In this document: in pieces, positions 22,578-32,293 of the stretch
Position numbering within the stretch: position 1 is the first letter of the stretch
Layout: each line of letters begins with the position of its first letter
Origin: an uncultured Verrucomicrobiae bacterium
GTDB taxonomy: Bacteria; Verrucomicrobiota; Verrucomicrobiia; Chthoniobacterales; UBA10450
Direction: 5' to 3'
Length of the DNA stretch: 64,000 nucleotides
Assembly: GCA_963834385.1 (NCBI GenBank)
Contig: CAWIBO010000003.1
Span: 96,001 to 160,000 of the forward strand
Made by a program: the position numbers and the translations under genes
The notes under the pieces: generated by a model
Told to the model about the DNA's origin: nothing
What the model saw: only the letters and a program-made list of their open reading frames with translations
The model's database searches: none

Positions 22578-22928
22578 ATGAAACGTGATGATGATCAGGC
22601 GCTCTGGGATCTCCTGGGTCGCGCCACCCCCCCGCCGGTTTCCCCTTTCTTCTCCCGTAACGTCCTGCGGCAGATCAGGCTGGCAGAGCCGGAGCGCCCT
22701 GCTTTTCTTCGGCTTTTCTGGCGTCGCGTGCTCCCGGCTGCCGCCGTCGTGCTGGTCGCCGCCAGCCTCCTCCTTTTTCGGTCTTCCTCCCCGGAGGAAC
22801 AGGTCGATCCCGAATTGGTGGCCGAAATCTCGGAGATCGGGGCCCAGAATTTCGACGCCTTTTTCGAGCTCGACGACATCCTCCTGGCCGACGAGGGCAG
22901 TTTCTGGTCGGACGACGCCGTGCTCTGA
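22578..22928 (+). CDS. Hypothetical single-TM protein (anti-sigma-like architecture)
   Basis: Short cytoplasmic N-terminus, one TM and an acidic C-terminus. Confidence 0.6.
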   Translation: MKRDDDQALWDLLGRATPPPVSPFFSRNVLRQIRLAEPERPAFLRLFWRRVLPAAAVVLVAASLLLFRSSSPEEQVDPELVAEISEIGAQNFDAFFELDDILLADEGSFWSDDAVL

Positions 22929-22968
22929 GGCGGTTTGACGCCCGCGGGGCCGGGCGGTAGATGGTCGG

Positions 22969-23526
22969 GTGCCATCGCAGGGAACGAGCCGGCTCGTGCT
23001 CATCGCCACCAGTCTGGCGGACGATTCGCGCTCGCAAATTGTCGCGCGGGAAGCCCTGGCCCTTGCTGGAAAAAACGAAGGGCACGAGGCTTCGCTGGTC
23101 GATCTCCGGCGCCTTTCGCTCCCGTTCTGCGGGCCGGAGGCAAGCTGGAGCGACACCGCCGTGGCGGACCTGCGCCAGGAGCTGTCGGCGGCCACCCATC
23201 TGATTTTCGCGGTCCCGATCTACAATTACGATGTCAACGCCGCGGCCAAGAACGTCGTCGAGCTGATGGGGGGCGACGTCTTCGCAGGCAAAACGGTCGG
23301 GTTCATCTGCTGCGCGGGCGGCCGGGGGTCTTACATGTCCATTCTCTCGTTCGCCAATTCCCTCATGCTCGACTTCCGCTGCTGGATCGTGCCGCGCTTC
23401 GTCTATGTGACGGGTGAGGACTTCAAGGGGGACGAACTGGCCAATCCCGAGGTCCGCGAACGTCTGCAACTGCTCCTGCAGGAGGCGCTGACCGGTCCCG
23501 GTGGCCCGGTCAGGAAGAAACGCTGA
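22969..23526 (+). CDS. NAD(P)H-dependent FMN reductase
   Basis: Flavodoxin-like: SRS, PIYNYDVNAAAKN, AGG. Confidence 0.85.
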   Translation: MPSQGTSRLVLIATSLADDSRSQIVAREALALAGKNEGHEASLVDLRRLSLPFCGPEASWSDTAVADLRQELSAATHLIFAVPIYNYDVNAAAKNVVELMGGDVFAGKTVGFICCAGGRGSYMSILSFANSLMLDFRCWIVPRFVYVTGEDFKGDELANPEVRERLQLLLQEALTGPGGPVRKKR

Positions 23527-24556
23527 CCTCGCCGGCCCCGGGCCACTCGGCGGTCACGCAAACGTCGGAGCCGATCCGCTCGAAATCCGGCGCCACCAGT
23601 CGCACCCCCTCCGCCGTCGTCGCCGCCCCGCGTCCGCCGAAGGCCAGCACAGGGCCCCCGGTCAAAAGCGGCGCGAGATAGATCCGGACCCGGTCGGCCA
23701 GCTTCTCCTCCAGGGCCTGGCTCAGGATCTCGCCGCCACCCTCGATCAGGACACTGGTGATTTCGCGGCGGCCCAGCTCGGAAAGCGCGGCCCGCAGGGT
23801 CAATCCCCGCAGGACGATCGTCCGCTCCCGGTGAGAGTCGGTCAAAAGGCGGGCTGCCGGGGGCAGTTTGCCGGAGCGGGTCAGGACCACCCGCCACGGC
23901 TGGCGACCTGCGGTCGCCAGGGTCAGGCGCGGATCATCTTTTCGGACGGTGCCCGCCCCGACCAGGATGGCATCAAATCTCCCCCGCTCCCGGCGGGCTT
24001 GCCGGCGGGCTGCCGCGCCGGTCAGCCAGCGCGATTCCCCCGGAGCGCGCGTCAGCCGTCCATCCAGGCTCATCCCGCATTTTAAAGTGACGTGCGGCAG
24101 GCCAGTCCGGATCCATTTGTTAAACCCGGGGTTGAGCGCCGTGGCGTCGTCGGCCAGCACCCCGTCTCTCACCTCCAGCCCGCCGGCTTCGAGCAGGGCG
24201 CGGGCGCGGCCGGAGTGACGGGGATTTGGATCGGTCCCGGCAAAAACCACGCGTTGCACCCCGGCGGCAATGATCGTTCCCGTGCAGGGCGGAGTCCGGC
24301 CGGTACTGCTGCACGGCTCCAGCGTGACATAGAGGGTCGCATCGGCGGGAAGCCGGCCTTTCGCGCGGGCCAGACAGGCCGCTTCGGCATGGGGCGTTCC
24401 CGGGCCGCCATGAAAGGCGCGGGCAAGAATTTTACCCTTTGAGACGAGAACGGCGCCGACGGCAGGATTGGGGCTGGTCAAGCCGGTCCCTTTGCGAGCC
24501 TCGGCCAGCGCGGCGCGCATGAAACGGATGTCCGGGTCAGCGTCTTTTTGTCTCAT
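23510..24556 (-). CDS. ribD: Riboflavin biosynthesis deaminase/reductase RibD
   Basis: TSPNPAVGAV, HAE, TLEPC...TPPC, SLDG, IEGG. Confidence 0.95.
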   Translation of the reverse strand: MRQKDADPDIRFMRAALAEARKGTGLTSPNPAVGAVLVSKGKILARAFHGGPGTPHAEAACLARAKGRLPADATLYVTLEPCSSTGRTPPCTGTIIAAGVQRVVFAGTDPNPRHSGRARALLEAGGLEVRDGVLADDATALNPGFNKWIRTGLPHVTLKCGMSLDGRLTRAPGESRWLTGAAARRQARRERGRFDAILVGAGTVRKDDPRLTLATAGRQPWRVVLTRSGKLPPAARLLTDSHRERTIVLRGLTLRAALSELGRREITSVLIEGGGEILSQALEEKLADRVRIYLAPLLTGGPVLAFGGRGAATTAEGVRLVAPDFERIGSDVCVTAEWPGAGEVSVSS

Positions 24557-24688
24557 GGGTTCAAGGTGAACCAAGTTACTAGGTGCGACAGAAATTCACA
24601 GTTTGGGAAGGAGAAAAATGGGACACTGAAGTGGTTAATGATCTCGAAAAGAGGGAGTTGTGAATCTCAACGGGTGCCGGTGCATTCA

Positions 24689-24704
24689 TGGCATTCGTGA
24701 CGCT
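24689..24704 (+). promoter_or_regulatory. Putative sigma54 (-24/-12) promoter
   Basis: TGGCATTCGTGACGCT fits GG-N10-GC, about 46 bp upstream of the Hsp20 start, in an AT-richer region. Confidence 0.55.
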
Positions 24705-24750
24705 TAACAAATGGCAGCAGTAACCCATTAACGAAAGGAGTTCTTACATC

Positions 24751-25218
24751 ATGAGTTTAATCCGTTACCAGACACCAGAGTTGGGCAACTGGCGAGCCGT
24801 GGACCAGTGGTCGCAGTTGCGTGATGAGATCAACAGTCTCTTTGAAGGGCCGCTGTGGGCCGGTTATGCGCGCACGCCCCAGCTTTTCAACGGCTGGACC
24901 CCTGCGCTCGACCTCTACCAGGACAACGACAACGTCGTCGCCATGGTGGAGCTCCCGGGCCTGCGCAAGGAGGACATCGAGATTTCGCTGCACGACGGCA
25001 CCCTGACCATCAGCGGGGAGCGCAAGAGCGAGCCGAGGGAAGGCGAGAAGCCGGAGAAGACCGAACGCTTCGTGGGCCGGTTTCGCCGCAGCGTCACGCT
25101 GCCGAGCCGCATCGATGCGGACAAGGTCAACGCCGGTTACAAGGATGGCATTCTGACCGTGACCATGCCGAAGGCGGAGGAAGCGAAGCCGAAGCGGATC
25201 GCGGTGAACGTCGACTGA
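24751..25218 (+). CDS. Hsp20/alpha-crystallin small heat shock protein
   Basis: ELPG, LTISGER, GRFRRSVTLP, AGYKDGILTVTMPK; AAGGAG RBS. Confidence 0.95.
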   Translation: MSLIRYQTPELGNWRAVDQWSQLRDEINSLFEGPLWAGYARTPQLFNGWTPALDLYQDNDNVVAMVELPGLRKEDIEISLHDGTLTISGERKSEPREGEKPEKTERFVGRFRRSVTLPSRIDADKVNAGYKDGILTVTMPKAEEAKPKRIAVNVD

Positions 25219-25269
25219 GAAACAACGGGCGGGGCTGCGGCCCCTCCCGGCAACTTTAAGGAGGAAACG

Positions 25270-25641
25270 ATGGAAACAATGGTTCGAGAAAATCAAAACG
25301 GCACCACGGCGCGCCCGGAACGCTTTGTCACGCCCCGGGCGACCCTGCGGGAGACCGGGGAGGGCTACACCCTCGAGGTGGAGATGCCGGGGGTGACCCG
25401 GGAAGGCCTCGAGGTCTCCGCCGAGAACAATGAGCTGACGATCACCGGTCGCCGCTCCCTGCCGAAAGTGGAGGGAACGCTGCTGCATCGCGAATCGCGC
25501 CCGGAAAACTTCCGGCGCGTGTTCGAGATCGATCCTTCGATCGACCTCGGTCGGATTGGCGCCCGGCTGGACCAGGGGATTCTGACCCTGTCGCTGCCGA
25601 AGGCGGAGCACGTCAAACCGCGCAAGATCTCGGTGGAATAA
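25270..25641 (+). CDS. Hsp20/alpha-crystallin small heat shock protein
   Basis: EMPGV, LTITG, FRRVF, GILTLSLPKAE. Confidence 0.93.
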   Translation: METMVRENQNGTTARPERFVTPRATLRETGEGYTLEVEMPGVTREGLEVSAENNELTITGRRSLPKVEGTLLHRESRPENFRRVFEIDPSIDLGRIGARLDQGILTLSLPKAEHVKPRKISVE

Positions 25642-25663
25642 CCGGAAAATCAGTCTCAGCCGG

Positions 25664-25701
25664 GAAGCCGCGGGTCGAAGGACTCGCGGCTTCTTTGTTT
25701 T
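25664..25701 (+). terminator. Rho-independent terminator
   Basis: GAAGCCGCGGGTC-gaag-GACTCGCGGCTTC followed by TTTGTTTT. Confidence 0.85.
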
Positions 25702-25763
25702 CCATCGGGAAACGCTTTTAAGCTTGGCGGAGAGGGCCGAAGGGGGGTTACCTTACCGCGACC

Positions 25764-26802
25764 ATGGCCACGAAAACCGAAGAAAAATCGAGCGCGGACA
25801 AGGTGACCGCGGCCCGGAACAAGAATCTCGACCTTGCCCTCCAGCAAATCGCAAAGGATTACGGCGACGGCGCCATCATGCGCCTGGGGGATAGCAACAT
25901 TGTCGAAATCGATGTCATTCCCACAGGCAACATTTTGATCGACCGGGCCCTTGGCGTGGGCGGCTTTCCCCGAGGCCGGGTAGTGGAGGTCTACGGACCG
26001 GAATCATCCGGAAAGACCACGCTCACCCTGACGGTGATCGCGCAGGCGCAAAAGCGGGGTGGCCTTGCCGCCTTTGTTGATGTGGAACACGCCCTCGACC
26101 CGCAATACGCGCGGCGCCTGGGGGTGAACATGGACGACCTCCTCGTTTCCCAGCCCAGCTCGGGCGAGGAAGCGCTTCGCATCGTGGAAACTTTGGTCCG
26201 CTCCAATGCCCTCGACGTCATCGTGCTCGACTCCGTGGCCGCCCTCGTGACCAAGCAGGAACTCGAAGGGGAGATCGGCGATTCCACCGTCGGCGCCCAG
26301 GCCCGTCTGATGAGCGCGGCCATGCGCAAGCTGACCTCGCTCATCTCCAAGGCCCGCACCTGCTGCATTTTCACCAACCAGATCCGCGAAAAGATTGGCG
26401 TCATGTTCGGCAACCCCGAGACCACCCCCGGCGGCAAGGCGCTCAAATTCTACGCCAGCGTCCGGGTGGATATCCGCCGCATCGGCGCGATCAAGCAGAC
26501 CGACGGCGTGGTCACCGGGAACCGCACCCGCGTGAAGGTGGTGAAGAACAAGGTCGCGCCCCCGTTCACCGAGGCAGAGTTCGATATCATGTATAACGAG
26601 GGCATTTCCTCGACTGGCGCCCTGATCGATCTCGCCCTGGAAAAACAGATCATCGAGAAGCGCGGTTCCTGGCTCAGCTACAAGGGAACGCAGTTGGCGC
26701 AGGGTCGCGACGCGGCCAAGGAAGCGCTCAAGGCGGATGCCGGCCCTCTACGAGGAGATCGAAACCGCGGTCAAGGCGAAGCTCGACGAGGAAAAAGAAT
26801 AA
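25764..26802 (+). CDS. recA: Recombinase RecA (1-base frameshift near 26742)
   Basis: [39 protein letters not shown]. The true C-terminus [18 protein letters not shown] is in a shifted frame. Confidence 0.97.
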
Positions 26803-26809
26803 CGCCCAC

Positions 26810-27460
26810 CTATTGGAAGACGATTTCGGTCTCGAACTGACCCGCCGGCTGCCGGTGCAGCTCGAGAAATTTCGGCGCGATCTTCTCGGGATCAAAACGG
26901 GTCCCGGGTTTTACGAACCCGCCGATGGTGACGGTGGCGACATGAATTCCTTGGGGGGCAAGTTCGCGCGCCAGGACAAAAGCGAGGTTGCGGAGAGCGG
27001 CCTTGCCGATCCCCACGGAGGCGAACTGCGGCATCGGTTCGAGCGCCAGAATGCCGCCGGTGAAAAGAATGGTGCCGCGCCCCGCCTTTTTCATCCCTTC
27101 GAGAACGCAGCGGGTTGAGACCAGCGCACCGACCAGGCTGAGACGCAGATCCTCTTCGAGTTGTTCGGGGGAAAGCGCGCTAGCGGGCGCTTTGCGAAAG
27201 GCAAAGGCGTTGTAAACCAGAACCTCCGGCGCGCCCAGCTCGGCCTCGATCTGCCCGAAAACCGGGACCAGCTCGTCAGCCTTTGAGGCATCGGCCGCGA
27301 AGAAGCGCGCGCCGTTATCCTCCAGCTCCTTCAGTTGCTCTTCTTTGCCCGTGCGAGAACGCGCGACCAGCCCAAGCTGAAAACCCTCCCCGGCGAAGAC
27401 GCGGGCGATCGCATGGCCGTTCCCCGGTCCAAATCCGATAACTGCGCAGACTTTGCTCAT
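26810..27460 (-). CDS. SDR family oxidoreductase
   Basis: Rossmann [27 protein letters not shown]. Confidence 0.88.
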   Translation of the reverse strand: MSKVCAVIGFGPGNGHAIARVFAGEGFQLGLVARSRTGKEEQLKELEDNGARFFAADASKADELVPVFGQIEAELGAPEVLVYNAFAFRKAPASALSPEQLEEDLRLSLVGALVSTRCVLEGMKKAGRGTILFTGGILALEPMPQFASVGIGKAALRNLAFVLARELAPQGIHVATVTIGGFVKPGTRFDPEKIAPKFLELHRQPAGQFETEIVFQ

Positions 27461-27567
27461 CTCTCCCATGGTTCGTCCGGGAAAGGCAGGCGGATGAGCC
27501 AAACTGGCCTGAAAGCCCGGATTGGCCCGGCGCTTTACCCCGGCCCTGCGCCGCGTAATCTTCGCGC

Positions 27568-30500
27568 GTGATGACCAGCGCGCAGATCCGGCAAAGCTTC
27601 CTCGATTTCTTTCGCGAGAAGCAGCACACCATTGTGCCCTCCTCCTCGCTCCTCCCGGATTCGCCCAACCTTCTTTTCACCAACGCCGGGATGAACCAGT
27701 TCGTCCCGATCTTTTTGGGGCAGCAATCCGCGCCCTGGTCGCCGCCGCGCACGGCCGATACGCAGAAGTGCATCCGGGCCGGCGGCAAACACAACGATCT
27801 CGATGATGTCGGGCTCGATACGTATCACCACACGTTCTTCGAGATGCTGGGGAACTGGAGCTTTGGCGATTACTTCAAGAAGGAGGCCATCGAATGGGCC
27901 TGGGAACTGGTGGTGGAGAATTGGAAACTGCCGCCGGCGCGCCTTTACGCGACGGTTTACCGGCCGGGCCCGGGCGATCCCGCGGAGTTCGATCAGGAGG
28001 CGCACGATCACTGGGCGCGTTTGTTTAAGAAGGCGGGGCTCGATCCCGCGGTGCAGATCGTGGACGGCAACAAGAAGGACAACTTTTGGATGATGGGCGA
28101 GACCGGCCCGTGCGGACCGTGCAGCGAGCTGCACATCGACCTGACGCCGGACGGCGACACGAAAGGTGCGCTCGTGAACATGGGCGACGCCCGCTGCATC
28201 GAGATCTGGAACCTCGTCTTCATCCAGTTCAACGCCAACGCCGATGGCACATTCGTTCCGCTGCCCGCACGCCACGTCGATACCGGGATGGGTTTCGAAC
28301 GCGTCACCGCCATGATCCAGGGGACGAAAAATTTCACCGATTTCAGCGGCATCATCTCAAATTACGAGACCGATGTCTTCCGCCCGATCTTCGACGAGAT
28401 CGAAAAGCAGAGCGGCAAACGGTATAGGAGCACATTGCCCGTCCCGGGTAGGGTGGGCGTCCCGCCCGCCGGTTCAGGCGTCCCGCCTGAACGAACTTTC
28501 GCACCTGAACAAAGGACCGCGCCCCAGGCGCAAAAGACCGGGCTGCAAGATGCAGCCCTCGGCGGGCAGGATGCCCACCCTACCCGGGACAATGCCCGCG
28601 CCACGTCAGATCAGCTCGCCACCGACATCGCGTTTCGGGTTATCGCCGATCATATCCGCACCCTCAGCTTTGCCATCGCCGACGGCATCCAGCCCGGGAA
28701 CGAAGGCCGCGGCTATGTCCTGCGCCGCATCCTGCAGGCGCGCCGTCCGCTACGGCCGCACCCTCGGCTTCCACGAGCCCTTTTTCTCCAAATTGGTCGG
28801 CGTGCTCGTCCGCAGCCTGGGCGATGTCTTCCCCGAGCTGCGCGAGAAGCAGGTCACAATCGAGGAAACATTGAAACGCGAGGAAGAGTCGTTCAACAGA
28901 ACCCTCGACCGCGGCATCGAACTCTTCGAGCGCGAAGCCGCGCGCCTCTCGGGTAGGGTGGGCGTCCCGCCCGCCGGTTCAGGCGTCTCGCCTGAACAAA
29001 CTTCCGAACCCACCAAAGGCGCCACCTACACCCGTCGCCGTCGTCTCCCTCATTTCGAGCAACCATGGGCCCTCTACGCCTTGACCATTTCGACCGCCAA
29101 CCGCCGCAAACTGCCGCCGGAGTCGCGCACCATCGTCCTGGACGCCCTGCGCCATTTCGACGAATCGCGCTATACGCTTATCGCCGCCTGCGTCATGCCC
29201 GACCACATCCACGCTCTTCTCCAGCCGTGGCCAAAAGAACAGAACGAGCAGGGCGAAACGGTTTTCTGGTCGCTCAGCGAGCTGATGCACTCGCTCAAAT
29301 CATTCACGGCCAAGGAGATCAATAAGGCCGAAGGCACAACAGGCCCGGTCTGGGAGCAGGAACGGTTTGATCGCTATGTGCGTGGCGACCGGGACCTGGA
29401 GGAGAAGTTTCAGTATATCGTGACCAATCCTGAGCGGGAGGGGCTCGGGACGGACTATCCCTGGGTTTGGACTCGGGAAGATCGTTCAGGCAGGATGCCT
29501 GAACCGGCGGGCGGGACGCCCACCCTACCCGGGAGTGGAGAATCCGCCGCTCATGTCATCTCCGGTGAGTTCGCTTTCCGGCTTTACGACGAACAGGGAT
29601 TTCCGCTCGATCTCACGGAGTTGATGGCGCGCGAACGCGGTCTCACCGTTGACACCGCCGGTTTCGAGAAGCTGATGGAGGAACAGCGAACGCGGGCGCG
29701 CGCGGCGCAAAAGAAGACAACGATCGAGTTGGCGGAAGGCAGCGAAGCGGACGCACGCACCAACTTTCTCGGTTACGAGCACGACCATACCGGCGCCGAC
29801 GTGGAAGCCGTGACCCCGGCCAAGGGAAAGACTGCCGTTATTCTGAACAACACCGTTTGCTACGCGGAGATGGGCGGACAGGTCGGCGACACCGGGGAGC
29901 TGGCCGCGGGCGAGAAACGCTGGCGCATCCTCGATACCCGCAAGGCCGGCCACGCCTGGGTCCATCTCGTGGACAACGCCGACGCCCTCGCCCCGGGCGC
30001 GCACGTCACCGTGCGCTACGACGCCACCCGGCGGCGCGCCATTGAACGGCATCACACCGTGACCCATCTGCTGCACTGGGCGCTGCATGAGATCGTCTCG
30101 CGCGAAGCCGTGCAAAAGGGCAGCTATGTGGGCCCGGAAAAGCTCACCTTTGATTTCTCGAGCGCGCCCCTGAGCAAAGACCAGGTGGCCGCGGTGGAAA
30201 AAAGGGTCAACGAACGGATCGCGGAAAACGCCCCGGTTTCGTGGACGGAGATTCCCTACGCCGAGGCCAGGAAGCGCGAGCGATATCCAGCAATTTTTCG
30301 GCGACAAATACGGCGAAAAAGTCCGGGTGGTGCAGATCGGCGGCAAGGCGGGAGAATTGAACGGCTACTCGATGGAACTCTGCGGCGGCACCCATGTGCG
30401 CGCCACGGGCGAGCTGGGCTGGTTCAAGATCACTGGTGAAGCCGCCATCGCCGCCGGTATCCGGCGCATCGAGGCTGTCGCGGGCACGGCCGTGGCCGAC

Positions 30501-31070
30501 TGGGCCCGGACGGAAAGTGCCCGTCAGGACGAGCGTTTCTCCGGTTTGCTGCGCAAGAAAAATGAGCTGCCGCCGTTGCCGGAGATCCGGCAATGGGATC
30601 AACCGGCGACGTTACTGGAAGAGATCGAGGCCCGGGCGACGCATTTGCGCCGACTCGAAGGCGAGGTGCACGACTGGGAAAAACAGCAGGCCAAGGCGGC
30701 CGAATCCGCGTTGCAACAGCGCGCCGCTGCGGTCGCGGAGGAGCTGGCCGGGAGCCTGGCCGGGGCGACGTCGTGCGTGGCCCATGTGCCGGAGGCTGAA
30801 GGCAACCTGCTCCAGGCCGTGGCTGACCTTCTCAAGACCCGGGTGCCGGGCCCGGTGGTCCTGGCCGGCTCGCACGACGGCCGGGTGCACCTGGTGGCGA
30901 ACGTGCCGAAGGGCGTGACCCCCGGGGCCAATCAGATCATTCAGGAGATGGCGCCGTTGGTGGGGGGCAAAGGGGGCGGCCGCCCGGAAAACGCCCGGGG
31001 CTCAGGGAAAGACGTTAGCCGGATCGACGAGGCCCTGGCAAAGGCGCGGCTGCTGCTCGGGCTCGCCTAA
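27568..31070 (+). CDS. alaS: Alanine--tRNA ligase with two in-frame REP-derived insertions (1-base frameshifts near 28736 and 30277)
   Basis: [73 protein letters not shown], spread over three successive frames. Confidence 0.96.
28441..28590. repeat. Non-autonomous GTAG-REP doublet (REPIN-like) inside alaS
   Basis: 31 bp inverted repeat (28441-28471 vs 28560-28590, 2 differences) with internal hairpins at 28472-28492 and 28540-28558. Confidence 0.88.
28950..29531 (+). mobile_element. REP-flanked RAYT (TnpA-REP, HUH/Y1 transposase) element in frame inside alaS
   Basis: 48 bp inverted repeats (28950-28997 vs 29484-29531, 3 differences). Encodes RRRLPH, MPDHIH (HUH, 29204-29212), [21 protein letters not shown] and YIVTNP (Tyr at 29414). 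Confidence 0.9.
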
Positions 31071-32291
31071 TCGGGCAACGCGAGGGTGACAAGGAAGGTG
31101 GCGAGCAAGGCGGCCAGCAGGACAAAAAGATAGACGATGCCGCCGAGGAGGAATTTCACCGTGGTGAGCAGCCAGCCCTGGCGGTAGACGGTGCGGATGG
31201 AGCGGAAAATCTGGGCGACAAAAGCGAGCCAAAGGAAAAAGACGATCCATTCGCCCAGGCCCGCGAAACCGGCCCGGTTGAACCCGAGCTGGAGCAGAAT
31301 GATCGCGACTGTGCCGAGATAGGCGAAGGCGTGGACGATGAGGGCGTAAATGAGGTGATCGACATAATAGATCTTCCGAAAGAGATAGAGTCCCTTCAGG
31401 ACGAGAGCGAAGAGCGGGATGCAGGCGAGCATCATGTAAGGGAGGTTGTTCAACACGGACATCAGAAAGAGCTGCAATTGTCCTCCCTGAGGGCCCAACC
31501 TTTCGCGGCCGCGTTTTTCCAGCCATTTTTCGAAATCGGTCCGGGGCGGCCGCTCGCTCGAGCCGAAGTGAAGAGTGGGTTCGCCGCTTTCACGGGCCAG
31601 CGCCGTGCGAAGCTGGCGGCGGCTTTCCGGCGAGAGCTTTTCCATGGCCGTCTCGATTCGGGCTTTGACCTCAGGCGAGATGGTTTTGTCGGTGACAATC
31701 GGCGCCGGTGAATCTGCGGCTGGGGAGGGTGATGCCGCCGCCGGGGTCCCGGCGGTGACCGGCGGCCGGGCTTGCCCGCTCCAGTTTCAGCAGGTTCTTG
31801 AGCCTTTCCCGGTCGGATTCGGTCAGTTCGGAGCGGTCGAGCTCGGCGGCGATCTCCGCCCGCATTTGGTCTGTCAGGCCGACCCCCTGAATGTTGGCCG
31901 ATTTCGCCCAGTAGGTGACGGCGAAGAAAAAGAGAATGCTTGCGACCAGGTAGAGGCGGAGGGGATGGAAATAGCGCTGGCGCATGCCGGCAATGAAATT
32001 GCGGCAGAGCAGGCCCGGGTTGACGAAAAGGAGGGCGGCGGTGCGGGTGAACTTCGAGTCCCAGTTCAGGAAGGCCTCGGCCACGTCGGCCATGAGATGA
32101 CGCAGCGAGCGGTGATAATCGATCGCTGCCTGGCCGCAATGGGCGCAATATTGGCCGGTCACCGGACTTCCGCAGTTCTGGCACTGGACGAGCCGGACTC
32201 CTCGGCGTTTGCGCTCTTTCCGGCGCGGCGGTTCACTCTCCGCCGCCGCGACGGCATCAGCGAAAACAAACTGGGCCGGCTCGTCGTCCAT
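31067..32291 (-). CDS. DUF3667-like membrane protein (frameshift near 31700)
   Basis: CQNCG...[19 protein letters not shown]-terminal TM helices with [10 protein letters not shown]. Confidence 0.8.
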
Positions 32292-32293
32292 GG

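Noticed and set aside
24557..24750. FMN riboswitch before ribD, or CIRCE before the Hsp20 genes
   Set aside because: Neither consensus is recognisable.
28730..28745. Programmed ribosomal frameshift in alaS
   Set aside because: No slippery sequence; a single extra base explains it, and similar indels occur throughout the window.
28950..29531. Intein or self-splicing intron (IStron) as the explanation for the alaS insert
   Set aside because: No intein block A and no C-terminal His-Asn followed by Cys/Ser/Thr. No room for a group I or II ribozyme core: the insert is just two repeats plus the RAYT domain.
28950..29531. Ordinary IS200/IS605 insertion inactivating alaS
   Set aside because: There is no tnpB and no stop codon, the ends are long GTAG inverted repeats, and the AlaRS frame continues through the element.
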